Positions 37,946-47,162 of a stretch of 64,000 nt of DNA are shown in pieces (the first letter of the stretch is position 1; each line of letters starts with the position of its first letter). The stretch comes from Dehalococcoidia bacterium. GTDB lineage: Bacteria > Chloroflexota > Dehalococcoidia > Lucifugimonadales > DAOUAM01. The notes under the pieces were generated by a model. The model was not told the origin of the DNA. It worked only from the letters and a program-made list of their open reading frames with translations, and did not search any database. The stretch is from positions 44,699-108,698 of the forward strand of contig DAOUAM010000028.1 in assembly GCA_034433305.1 (NCBI GenBank). The letters are read 5' to 3'. The position numbers and the translations under genes are program-made.

Positions 37946-39318
37946 CAGACTCTGGCCGCCAGCGCGTCGGCGGCGAGCAGGCCGCTGCGGACCGCGCCCT
38001 CCATGGTGGAGGGCCAGCCCGTATCGGTCCACTCCCCGGCCAGGAACAGGTTAGGGATGGGCGTGACCTGCGGCAGCCGGCGGCAGGCGACTCCCGGCAG
38101 GCAGCGGAAGGTGGCACTGAGCTGCTTGACTATGAGGAGCTTGTCTACGCGGGCCTCTCTGGCCCTGGAGAAGAGCCTCGCCATCTCGCTGACGAAAAGC
38201 TCCCGCAGCTCGTCCTTGGGCCTGTCAGCGAAGTCCCAGGCCCCGCTGACGGAGATGCAGAGGTACTGGCCCTGGTGGCCGCTGGCCCCCTGGATGCGGC
38301 TCCTGTTGAACACCCACTGCACAGGGCTTCCCAGGAAAGCCAGGAACTCCTCGTCCATGACTGGCCGGTCATACCAGATGTGGACGTTGACGATGGGAGA
38401 GGAAGCGAGGCCGGCAGCCCTGGCGAAGAACTCATCGCCGGCCAGGTCTGGAGGCAGGACAGACAGGAGCACGTCGTAGGGCAGGGCGCTGACGCAGGCA
38501 TCGGCCTCCAGCGCGGCGCCGCTGGAAAGCACCACCCTGGCAAGGCGGCCATCCTCCACGACCAGCGACTTCACCGCCTGGCCCAGCAGCAGCCTGCCTC
38601 CACGGGCCTCGATGGCGCGGCGGGCCGGCCTCGCCGCCAGCGACGACAGCCCCACACGGAAGTAGCCCAGGTTGGCATCTGCTGGCCGCTTCATCAGGCC
38701 CTCCTGGAAGACCATGAGGGCCATGTCGGCGTTGACCTCACGCACGTCGTCATTGAGGGTGGGCAGGAGAATGAAGTCCCAGAGGTTGTTGATGGCGCGC
38801 TCCGTCTGGTGGTGGCGCCTGAGCCACTGGTATGCGGTCTGGCCGTCCAGCTCCTGGCGGCGCCGGGAGCGGTCCGTGAGCCTGGCCCGGACCAGCCCGT
38901 AGAGGGCCAGGAGCTTGTCCTTCAGGCCCAGGTGGGGGTACAGGAGCAGCGACGGCAGCAGATGGAGCGGCCCCAGCGCCGGCACGCTGGCCAGCACGCC
39001 GCGCTTGCCGTTGAGGACGACCTCCACATGGGGCCGCCGCTGCAGGAAGGCACCTTCGTAGGCGCCCAGGGCCTTGAGGAAACCAATGAAGGCAGTGCAG
39101 CAGCCCATGAAGACGTGCTGGCCGTTGTCCACCTCGCACTGGACTTCCCGGTCATAGAAGGAGAAGACGCGGCCTCCCAGGAAGGGGCGCTTTTCCACCA
39201 GGGTCACGCCGTAGCCCAGGTCCAGCAGGCGGCAGGCAGCGGACAGGCCGGCCAGGCCGCCGCCCAGCACGGTTACCGTCTTAGCCCTGGGAGTGATGCT
39301 ATCCGGCTTCCAGCCCAT
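37945..39318 (-). CDS. hpnE: Hydroxysqualene dehydroxylase HpnE
   Basis: VLGGGLAGLSAA, LGGRVFSF, VDNGQHVFMGCC, LAGEWTDTGWPSTMEGAVRSG; follows hpnC and hpnD. Confidence 0.93.
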   Translation of the reverse strand: MGWKPDSITPRAKTVTVLGGGLAGLSAACRLLDLGYGVTLVEKRPFLGGRVFSFYDREVQCEVDNGQHVFMGCCTAFIGFLKALGAYEGAFLQRRPHVEVVLNGKRGVLASVPALGPLHLLPSLLLYPHLGLKDKLLALYGLVRARLTDRSRRRQELDGQTAYQWLRRHHQTERAINNLWDFILLPTLNDDVREVNADMALMVFQEGLMKRPADANLGYFRVGLSSLAARPARRAIEARGGRLLLGQAVKSLVVEDGRLARVVLSSGAALEADACVSALPYDVLLSVLPPDLAGDEFFARAAGLASSPIVNVHIWYDRPVMDEEFLAFLGSPVQWVFNRSRIQGASGHQGQYLCISVSGAWDFADRPKDELRELFVSEMARLFSRAREARVDKLLIVKQLSATFRCLPGVACRRLPQVTPIPNLFLAGEWTDTGWPSTMEGAVRSGLLAADALAARV

Positions 39319-40160
39319 AGTTTCGCAGCGAGGAATATTTTCTTGCGTCGGCTCAGGCCGATGCGGCCCTGGAACACGTTGAACCCCGAGGCCTCGATCC
39401 TGTCCAGGATGGCGCTGTAGACGCCGTGGAGCGTGGCAGGGCAGGCGCGGGACTCGGGCGACAGCAGCGGTATTAGCTGCCGGCCACTGTCGAAGTAGCG
39501 GCGCGCCCGGGCGGCCTGGGACCGCATCAGCCCCTGGAAGGCCTCGTTCATGACGCCAGCCATCAGCTCCTGCTCAGAGTAGCCGAAAGAGGCCATCTCG
39601 TCCAGTGGAATGTAAATGCGCCCCCGCTGGGCATCCTCTTTGACGTCCCGCAGGATGTTGGTCAACTGCATGGCCAGGCCCAGGTCCACGGCGTACTCCC
39701 GCGCCCGGGGGTCCTGGTAGCCGAAGACCTCGATGCACACCAGCCCGACCACCGAGGCGACCTTGTAGCAGTAGGCCCGCAGCTCCTGGAAGTCCTGGAA
39801 GCGCGTCCAGGTCAGGTCCATCTCCACGCCCTCTATGATCTCTTCCAGGTAGCTGGCCGGGACGTGGAAAGAGCGGCAGGCGTCGCTCAGCGCGGCAAAG
39901 ACCGGGTCCTGGATGCTGGTGGCGTCGCCGTCCAGGCTGGCCGCCAGGCGCTGGCGCGTCAGAGCGAACCGCCGGCGCTTTTCGTCCAGGGGCAGGTCCT
40001 CGTCGGCGATGTCGTCGCAGAGGCGGCAGAAGGCATAGGCGGCGTAGATGGCGCGGCGCTTGCGGGCAGGGAGAGTCCTGAAGGCGTAGTAGAAGTTCTT
40101 CGCGTTCTCCTTCGCGATTTGCTGGCAGTGATCGTATGCCAGTTCCAGTTGGCTGACCAC
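39273..40160 (-). CDS. hpnD: Presqualene diphosphate synthase HpnD
   Basis: AKNFYYAF, YAFCRLCDDIAD, GVEMDL, YCYKVASVVG, QLTNILRDVKEDAQRGRIYIP. Confidence 0.93.
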   Translation of the reverse strand: MVSQLELAYDHCQQIAKENAKNFYYAFRTLPARKRRAIYAAYAFCRLCDDIADEDLPLDEKRRRFALTRQRLAASLDGDATSIQDPVFAALSDACRSFHVPASYLEEIIEGVEMDLTWTRFQDFQELRAYCYKVASVVGLVCIEVFGYQDPRAREYAVDLGLAMQLTNILRDVKEDAQRGRIYIPLDEMASFGYSEQELMAGVMNEAFQGLMRSQAARARRYFDSGRQLIPLLSPESRACPATLHGVYSAILDRIEASGFNVFQGRIGLSRRKKIFLAAKLWAGSRIASLPGLRR

Positions 40161-40197
40161 GGTGCGCCCCCAAAGGCCCCGGCGCTGGCGACAGCGC

Positions 40198-41085
40198 CTA
40201 GACCCTGCCCAGAAGCTTTAACTTCAAGGTGCTGCGGAACATGATGGCCAGCTTGGTGGCCCTGGACAGCGCTGGACGTCTGCTGAGGACATCGTAGCCC
40301 TGCTTTTCGATGGCCTCCAGCACCTTCATGCCCCCCAGGGTAAAGAGGGCCACGTCCAGCTTCAGGCTTCCCTCAAGGGTATCCACCAGCTTGAGACCGC
40401 TGACGAAAAGCTCCCGCGCCCGGCCGACCTCGAAGGCCATCATCTGGCGGAAGGCGTCGTTGGCTACTCCCCTGGCCAGCATGTCCTCGGAGTAGCCGAA
40501 GCGCTCCATGTCCTCCTGGGGGATGTAGACCCGGCCCATGGCAAAGTCTCGGGCCACGTCCTGCCAGAAGTTGGCCAGTTGCAGCGCCGTGCAGGTGCAG
40601 TCCGACAGCGCCTGGCGCTCCGGGTCGCGGTAGCCAAAGACGTAGAGCACGATGTGGCCCACGGGATTGGCCGAGTGCTGGCAGTAGTACTCCAGGTCGG
40701 CGTAGGTGCGGTAGCGGCTGACGGCCTGGTCCATCCGGTTGGCCTTGACAAGCCTGAGGAACGGCTCCATGGGGATGTCGAAGTCCCGGATGGTCTGCTG
40801 TAACGCGACCATGTAGGGGTGCCTGGGTGCGCCGTCGTAGCAGCGGCGTAGCTCGGCCTCCCAGAAGTCCAGCGCCTCCAACCTGCTGCCCTGGAACTCG
40901 TCGCCCAGGTCGTCCACGAAGCGGCAGAAGGCATAAACGGCGTAGATGTGCTTGCGCTTCTCCCTGGGCAGCAGCCAGGAGCCCACAGTGAAATTCTCAT
41001 AGTGGGCCCTGGCCAGCCGCTCGCAGCGGGCGTAGCCTTCCTCCACGGTGCAGCCTTGAGGAATACTCGCCAGCAGTGAGTCCAT
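40198..41085 (-). CDS. hpnC: Hydroxysqualene synthase HpnC
   Basis: AHYENFTVGS, YAFCRFVDDLGDE, YCQHSANPVG, ALQLANFWQDVARD. Confidence 0.94.
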   Translation of the reverse strand: MDSLLASIPQGCTVEEGYARCERLARAHYENFTVGSWLLPREKRKHIYAVYAFCRFVDDLGDEFQGSRLEALDFWEAELRRCYDGAPRHPYMVALQQTIRDFDIPMEPFLRLVKANRMDQAVSRYRTYADLEYYCQHSANPVGHIVLYVFGYRDPERQALSDCTCTALQLANFWQDVARDFAMGRVYIPQEDMERFGYSEDMLARGVANDAFRQMMAFEVGRARELFVSGLKLVDTLEGSLKLDVALFTLGGMKVLEAIEKQGYDVLSRRPALSRATKLAIMFRSTLKLKLLGRV

Positions 41086-41093
41086 GGCTCCGG

Positions 41094-41570
41094 TCAGACT
41101 CCCATGACCTGGACAATGGCCTCACGGTGCAGCCGCTTGTCGTCAAGCTCCACCATGAAGATGCGCTGCCAGGTGCCCAGCGGCAGTTTGCCGTCAATGA
41201 CGGGCAACGTCTCGCTGGTGCCCAGGACCAGGTGCTGGCAGTGGGAATGCCCGTTGGGGCACTCGTCCTCGTGCATGTGTACGGTGCGGACGCTGAAGTC
41301 GTTGTGGCGGTAGTGGGCATTCCTGGGCGAGATGCGCTCCAGCAGGTTGACCAGGTCTATCAGGAGAAGAGGCTCGTTTTCCTGGATGGTGATGGCCGCC
41401 GTCGTATGCTTGGAAAAGACAAGGCACATGCCGTTCTGGACGCGCGACTGCCTCACACACTCCTCCACGCGGTCCGTGATGTCCACGAACTCGGGTGCAG
41501 TGGTGAAGTCCACGCGCAGGGTGAAGACGCATGTCTTGAAAGAAGCCACTGAGGCCTCGGTTACTCTCAT
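41094..41570 (-). CDS. yjbQ: YjbQ / UPF0047 family protein
   Basis: FVDITD, HTTAAITIQENE, NGHSH, LGTWQRIFMVELD. Confidence 0.9.
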   Translation of the reverse strand: MRVTEASVASFKTCVFTLRVDFTTAPEFVDITDRVEECVRQSRVQNGMCLVFSKHTTAAITIQENEPLLLIDLVNLLERISPRNAHYRHNDFSVRTVHMHEDECPNGHSHCQHLVLGTSETLPVIDGKLPLGTWQRIFMVELDDKRLHREAIVQVMGV

Positions 41571-41623
41571 GATAGGACCCCTCTAGTATCGAATGTCACC
41601 AATCTGCAAACCAAGGTGCGACA

Positions 41624-43714
41624 CTACCATATTGGCAGTAGCTTTTTCAATCTCCCGCGCCGCGCGATGGGCTGCTGGAAGTAAATCTTGCTCCTGGTGG
41701 CCGCCCCATTGGTGGCAAGGGCCAGGGACTCGCCCTTCAGGAACCTCCGGTAGCGCCCCAGGGCCATGAGCGGCCAGTAGTTCCTGTACATGTGGTAGTT
41801 GATCATGAACCCGGCCGGCAACTCCGCGCCCTGGTAGCCAGGGTCTTCGGGCGTCAAGTAGCGCTCCAGGCGCTGGCCCACGCCATACCCGGGGAAGCCT
41901 GTGCCAGTGAAGTAAGGCTCGTCCCAGGAGCCATCTGGCATCTGGGTACGTACCAGGAACTCGGCGCCCCGGTGCGCCGCCGAGTGGTCACCCTCGCCAG
42001 CCGCCAGCAGGGCCAGCAGGGCCCAGGCCGTCTGAGAGGCCGTGCTTGGCCCCCTGCCCCGGAAGGTCGGGTCCACGTAGGACGCGCAGCTTTCGCCCCA
42101 GCCGCCGTCAAGGTTCTGGTGCTCCACGACCCACTGGACGGCGCGGCGCACGTATTCTGCCCTCATGTCCATTCCCAGGGCCTCGAAAGCCGGCAGGACC
42201 GCGCCCGTGCCGTAGATGTAGTTGACGCCCCAGCGCCCGAACCAGGGGCCGTCCTCCTCCTGCTCGGACAGCACGTACCTGAGGGCGCTGGCAACGGCGG
42301 GATCGTCGGCAGTGTAGCCAAGCTGGCCGAGCATTTCCAGCACGTGGGCGGTGACGTCCACGCTGGGCGGGTCCAGGGCCTCCCCGAAGTCGTTAAAGGG
42401 AATCTTGGCTATGAGGATCTTGGTGTTGTCCTTGTCGAAGGAGGCCCAGCCGCCGTTCTTGCTCTGCATGCCCAGGATCCAGCGCACGGCCCTGGCTATG
42501 GCCTCGTCCTTTCCCGCGTCTGGCGGCAACTGGACCCTGTGGATAGCCATCACTATCTCGGAGGTGTCGTCCAGGTCGGGGTACATATCGTTATGGAACT
42601 CGAAGGCCCAGCCGCCGGGCGGCACGTTGCCTGCCTTGACTTGCCAGTCGCCTGCCTCAAGTACCTGCTCCCTGAGCAGCCAGCGGGCGGCCCTTACCAG
42701 CGCCGGATGGTCGGGCCTGAGGCCGGAGTCCAGCAGGGCAATCATGGCAAGGCAGGTGTCCCACAGCGGCGAGATGCACGCCTGGATGCGCAGCGTATCG
42801 CCTTCTTCGATGGAGAAGGTGGTGAAGCCTCGCAGCCCCCGGGCCATGACGGGGTGGTCCAGGGGATAGCCCAGGCAGTGCAGGGCCATGAGCGAGTATA
42901 CCCAGGGAGGCTGGATGCCGCCCCAGCTACCGTCGGCCTCCTGGTGCTCCAGGACCCACTGCTCGGCCCGCTTGATGGCCTGGGCGCGGGTAGGCTTCCA
43001 GGGCAGCTTCTCCAGGTGCCGCAGGATGATGTCTGCGGCGTAGAACAGTGTCTCCCAGCCCACCAGCCGCTTGGGCCGTTCTATGGAGTAGTCTATTTCA
43101 CCGCGCGGCTGAGGGTATAGCTCGTCTATGCTCGCCCACTCGGGCACCGACTTGACGGGCTTCTTGTCGAACAGGATGAGGAGCGGCACAATAGTTGCCC
43201 TGGCCCAACTGGCGAAGTCGTAGATGGTGATGGGGAACCAGTTGGGCAGGAGCATGATCTCGGCGGGGATGATGGGCACACCGCGCCAGTCCCACTGCCC
43301 GAAAAGCGCCAGCCATATCTTGGTGAAGACCCGCGTCTTGGGCACCCCGCCCTTGGACAGGATAAACTCCCTGGCCTTGCGCATGAAAGGCTCGTCGGGA
43401 GAGACGCCGGCCAGCTTCAGGGCAAAGTAGCACTCCGTGGAGGTGCTGAGGTCCCCGGGCGCGCCGTAGAACTGGCCCCAGGTGCCGTCTTCCCGCTGCC
43501 GACTGATGATGTGGTTGGCCAGCTTCCGCCACATCTCTCTGTCAGGGATGCCCAGGAACTGGGTCAGCAACAGGTACTCGGCCTCCATGGTGGGGTTGGA
43601 CTCCAGCTCGCCCCACCAGTAGCCATCGGGGTACTGGACCCGTAGCAGGAACTCCTGCGACCTCTGTATAGCCACATCCAGCGCGGCAAGTCTCTCCATT
43701 GCAGCCTCTGCCAT
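41624..43714 (-). CDS. shc: Squalene-hopene cyclase (HpnF)
   Basis: YWWGELES, QW repeats (QREDGTWG, QEADGSWGG, QSKNGGW, QNLDGGWGE), WDT, catalytic YPDLDDT (DxDD), RWGVNYIYGT, GTGFP. Confidence 0.97.
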   Translation of the reverse strand: MAEAAMERLAALDVAIQRSQEFLLRVQYPDGYWWGELESNPTMEAEYLLLTQFLGIPDREMWRKLANHIISRQREDGTWGQFYGAPGDLSTSTECYFALKLAGVSPDEPFMRKAREFILSKGGVPKTRVFTKIWLALFGQWDWRGVPIIPAEIMLLPNWFPITIYDFASWARATIVPLLILFDKKPVKSVPEWASIDELYPQPRGEIDYSIERPKRLVGWETLFYAADIILRHLEKLPWKPTRAQAIKRAEQWVLEHQEADGSWGGIQPPWVYSLMALHCLGYPLDHPVMARGLRGFTTFSIEEGDTLRIQACISPLWDTCLAMIALLDSGLRPDHPALVRAARWLLREQVLEAGDWQVKAGNVPPGGWAFEFHNDMYPDLDDTSEIVMAIHRVQLPPDAGKDEAIARAVRWILGMQSKNGGWASFDKDNTKILIAKIPFNDFGEALDPPSVDVTAHVLEMLGQLGYTADDPAVASALRYVLSEQEEDGPWFGRWGVNYIYGTGAVLPAFEALGMDMRAEYVRRAVQWVVEHQNLDGGWGESCASYVDPTFRGRGPSTASQTAWALLALLAAGEGDHSAAHRGAEFLVRTQMPDGSWDEPYFTGTGFPGYGVGQRLERYLTPEDPGYQGAELPAGFMINYHMYRNYWPLMALGRYRRFLKGESLALATNGAATRSKIYFQQPIARRGRLKKLLPIW

Positions 43715-43752
43715 GGCACCTCACATCCAGCCGTTCAGATTGCAGCGCGACA

Positions 43753-44496
43753 TCAGCAGCCTGTGACATGGGCGAGGAAACGCGCCAGCGCCGCCCTGGC
43801 GGTCCTGGCCTGAGTGCCCAGGTGGACGAGGGCAGGCACATCGGCTGGCCTGGCCAGGACATACCTTGCCACGTCCCACCAGCCACGCCTGCCATTGCTG
43901 GACACCACCTGGCCCACAAAAGCTGGAAGCGATTGGTCGGCAGTATCCAGGACGCAACGCGCCACCATGTGGGCAATCCCCAGGTCCATGGCGGCCTGGC
44001 TGACCCAGTAGCCCTCCATATCCACCACCGCCACCGGGAAGCTCTCGCCAATTTTGTGCTTGAGAGAGCTACTGGCTACAAGCTCAGGCGCGGTCAGGCA
44101 GCCGCAGGAAGCATACCCACGCCCGTTGCCATCGTTCACACGCAAAGGCCTACCCTGGACGGCGTGGCATCGCGCCTTCTCGGGCTGCCACTGCTCCTGT
44201 GGCCCATCCACGGCAAACAGCCTGTCGCACAGGACCACGTCACCGGCCTTGAGGCCTGGCCTGACGGCGCCAGCGAACCCCACAGATAGGACCACATCGG
44301 GGCGCCACTCCTGGGCCAGGTACCGTACCGCCCTCAGCGCGCGCTCCCGGCCTATGCCGGCCTCCACTACCATAACCTCCGGCACTGATGGCGACCTGAA
44401 GAGGCACAGGCTGTCGCGCCGGGCCACCACGGCGAAACCTCCAGCGCCCAGGTAATCGCTCACTTCGTCCCTCATGGCGGCAAGGATGGCTAGCAC
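43753..44496 (-). CDS. hpnG: Hopanoid-associated nucleosidase/phosphorylase HpnG
   Basis: PNP/MTAN fold: GIGRERA, SVGFAGAV, VDMEG, RCVLD; lies between hpnH and shc. Confidence 0.82.
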   Translation of the reverse strand: MLAILAAMRDEVSDYLGAGGFAVVARRDSLCLFRSPSVPEVMVVEAGIGRERALRAVRYLAQEWRPDVVLSVGFAGAVRPGLKAGDVVLCDRLFAVDGPQEQWQPEKARCHAVQGRPLRVNDGNGRGYASCGCLTAPELVASSSLKHKIGESFPVAVVDMEGYWVSQAAMDLGIAHMVARCVLDTADQSLPAFVGQVVSSNGRRGWWDVARYVLARPADVPALVHLGTQARTARAALARFLAHVTGC

Positions 44497-44524
44497 TGCG
44501 TCCCTCGCTCCTGGCGCTATCTAG

Positions 44525-45550
44525 CTATCCGGCGCTGACACCGCTGTTCTGAAGGGCGCCGCCCTTGATCATCTTCAGGGCGTCGGCCGGGTTGCTCAGG
44601 GCGCCAAAGATGGAGGCCGACTCGAAGCCGCAGTGCATGAGGCAGTTGGCGCACCTGGGGTCCTTGCCCACGCCGTAGTGCTCCCACAGGTCTTCCCTGA
44701 GCAGGTCAGAGATGCTCTGGGTATGCTTGTCGCCCAGCAGGTAACAGGGCTGGCGCCAGCCCAGGATGGTATAGGTCGGGTTGGACCAGGCAGTACACTG
44801 GTACTCCCGCTTCCCCCGCAGAAAGTCCAGGTACAGAGGGTTATTGTAGAAGCGCACCTTGTGCTTGGGGTCCAGGACGCGCTGGAAGACCTTCCTGGCC
44901 TGCTGCCGCGAGATGAACAGGTTCTGGTTGGGCACGGAGTCGAACTGGTAGCCTGGCGACACCATGCAGCCCTCGACGCCCATGTCCGTCAGCATCTTGA
45001 ACATCTTGACCAGGTCTGCCTCGTCCACCCCGTTGAACACCGTGGTGTTGGTGGCGACCCGGTAGCCACGCTCCAGGGCAACCTTGATGCCCCTGACGGC
45101 TATCTTGAACACCCCCTTGCGGTACACCGACCTGTCGTGGGCCTCTTCCATACCGTCCAGGTGGACCACGAAGCAGAAGTACTTGGACGGCGGCACCTTC
45201 TTCATCACCCGCTCCATGAGCAGGGCATTGGTACACATGTAAACGAACTTCTTCCGGGCCACCAGTCGGTTGACTATCTCGTCAATCTGCGGGTGCATGC
45301 TTGGCTCGCCGCCGGCGATGGAGACGATAGGAGCGCCGGACTCATCCACGGCTGCCAGGCACTGCTCCACCGTCAGCATGCGGTCTATGACGGACTCGTA
45401 CTCGCGTATGCGGCCACAGCCAACGCAGGCCAGGTTGCAGGCCTCCAGCGGCTCGAGCATAGTCACCAGGGGGAACCGTTTGCGGCCAGAGAGCCTGTTC
45501 TTGACAATGTACCAGCCTAGGCGTACTGCCATCTCCATCGGTCTGCCCAT
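44525..45550 (-). CDS. hpnH: Adenosylhopane-forming radical SAM enzyme HpnH
   Basis: FPLVTMLEPLEACNLACVGCGRI (CxxxCxxC), SIAGGEP, LGWRQPCYL, DPRCANCLMHCGFE. Confidence 0.95.
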   Translation of the reverse strand: MGRPMEMAVRLGWYIVKNRLSGRKRFPLVTMLEPLEACNLACVGCGRIREYESVIDRMLTVEQCLAAVDESGAPIVSIAGGEPSMHPQIDEIVNRLVARKKFVYMCTNALLMERVMKKVPPSKYFCFVVHLDGMEEAHDRSVYRKGVFKIAVRGIKVALERGYRVATNTTVFNGVDEADLVKMFKMLTDMGVEGCMVSPGYQFDSVPNQNLFISRQQARKVFQRVLDPKHKVRFYNNPLYLDFLRGKREYQCTAWSNPTYTILGWRQPCYLLGDKHTQSISDLLREDLWEHYGVGKDPRCANCLMHCGFESASIFGALSNPADALKMIKGGALQNSGVSAG

Positions 45551-45597
45551 GTGACACTCCTCGACAGTATGATGTTAGGGTGCAGCCAGACGGGGAC

Positions 45598-46686
45598 TCA
45601 GTGGTGCCTGACCAGGAGGAAGCGCGCCAGTTCCTCTACCTGATCACGATAGTCCCGGGGGATGTCCACGCCAGCCAGTGCCTGGAGCGCCCGGTCGCAG
45701 TACTGGGAGGCCAAGGCCTGGGCATATTCCGGCACACCGGCCCGCTCCATGATCTCCAGCACCGTGGCGACCTGCTCGTCGCCCAGCTCGTCCATGGCAT
45801 ATACCTGGAGCAGCCGCTGCCTGTCCTTCCCTCTGGTGCGGGACATGGCACACACCACAGGGAAGGAGTTCTTCTTGCGGCGTATATCCGCGCCCACAGG
45901 CTTGCCGGTTGCCTCCTCCACGCCCCACACACCCAGTATGTCGTCCCGTACCTGGAACGCGTACCCCAACGCTCTGCCACACTCTCTGAATGCTTCTACC
46001 GTCACCTTGTGGCGCGTGCCGATAAGGGCACCAATATTCAGGGAGCACCTGATAAGCGCCCCGGTCTTGCGGGAAATCAGGTCCATATAATCATCGAGGC
46101 TGATGTCCCGGCGGCCCTCAAAGACCATATCCAGGTACTGGCCTTCAATCATCTCCAGATAGGCCTCGGTCAGCAGCCTGCCCACGGCGATGGCCGTGTC
46201 CAACTCCACCCCGGCATCCAGGAGTCCCTTCAGGGACATGTCAGCCACCAGTCTGAGGACGTTGCCCGCCACCAGGGCTTTGGCATCGCCCCAAACGGCC
46301 CACAGAGTCGGCCGATGGTGGCGCGTGGCATCCCTGTCCTGGATGTCGTCGTGAATGAGCGAGAAGTTGTGAATGAGTTCCAGGGCAACGGCAGCGGGCA
46401 TGCCCCTGGAGATGGGGCCGCCCGTGGCCTCGCAGGCGAAGAGGCATAGCGATGGGCGCAGGCCCTTCCCCTGAGTAGCCACGCAGGGCTTGCCATTGAC
46501 ATCCACCCAGCCCATGAAGTACCGCAGCATGTCGTACACGCCGAGGCCCTGGGCGGACAGGGCTTTGCGGAGGGCAATGTCTAGCTCGCCCCTGTACTTC
46601 CCCAGTAATCTCGGCAGGGGCTCGACCCGCTTGTCAACGGTGTCAACTGAAGTCTTGGTCAAGCAGACGACCCGCGCAGGAACCAA
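45598..46686 (-). CDS. Polyprenyl diphosphate synthase (FPP/GGPP synthase)
   Basis: GKGLRP, HNFSLIHDDIQD..RHHRPT (FARM), GQYLD, KTGAL, FQVRDDILG (SARM); exact start uncertain. Confidence 0.93.
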   Translation of the reverse strand: MVPARVVCLTKTSVDTVDKRVEPLPRLLGKYRGELDIALRKALSAQGLGVYDMLRYFMGWVDVNGKPCVATQGKGLRPSLCLFACEATGGPISRGMPAAVALELIHNFSLIHDDIQDRDATRHHRPTLWAVWGDAKALVAGNVLRLVADMSLKGLLDAGVELDTAIAVGRLLTEAYLEMIEGQYLDMVFEGRRDISLDDYMDLISRKTGALIRCSLNIGALIGTRHKVTVEAFRECGRALGYAFQVRDDILGVWGVEEATGKPVGADIRRKKNSFPVVCAMSRTRGKDRQRLLQVYAMDELGDEQVATVLEIMERAGVPEYAQALASQYCDRALQALAGVDIPRDYRDQVEELARFLLVRHH

Positions 46687-46795
46687 CTTCTCGCTGTGTA
46701 TACAAAGCCCCGGACACTCTCTACGTGGCTGTATGCAGCCAGTCTGCCACCATCACGGAATACCTCGGGAGAGGTACATAGTATTACGATGGCAC

Positions 46796-46824
46796 ATCCT
46801 AGCACCCGATTGGCGATGTGTCAA
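46796..46824 (-). promoter_or_regulatory. Sigma70-type promoter of the hopanoid gene run
   Basis: TTGACA (46824-46819), 17 nt, TAGGAT (46801-46796). Confidence 0.65.
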
Positions 46825-46952
46825 TACAGCGGCAAGCCAGCGGGCGGTCGTCAGTTCAGGCAGCTTGGGGGTACCCGTGCTGCCAAACGGTGACCCCGTC
46901 AAGGCATGCAGGAAGAGTTGCGTGATAGGGCAAGCCCTGGCGACCTACTGTC

Positions 46953-47162
46953 TCATGGCAGCGTGGCTTCCGTCTCCCTGACAAGGCTGGACAGCGAACC
47001 CATCACAAACTCTCGTGCGTTGAATATCTCCAGCAGCACCGGCCGGCCCTCCCGGGAGAAGTGGATGACCACCGGGCCTGACTCCTCGGCGTAGTCCACC
47101 TGCTCGTCGGACAACTCCACCAGGAGCACGTCCACGTCTTTGCTATACCTGATCTTGCTCAT
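46953..47162 (-). CDS. DUF2283 family protein (putative antitoxin)
   Basis: MSKIRYSKDVDVLLVEL, ESGPVVIHFSREGRPVLLEIFNA. Confidence 0.85.
   Translation of the reverse strand: MSKIRYSKDVDVLLVELSDEQVDYAEESGPVVIHFSREGRPVLLEIFNAREFVMGSLSSLVRETEATLP

Noticed and set aside
46687-46795. SAM-I (S-box) riboswitch ahead of the hpn/yoaCD-like run
   Set aside because: The core ATC.AGAG / GAGGGA / GCAACC / GTGC elements are not present; kept only as an unclassified structured leader.
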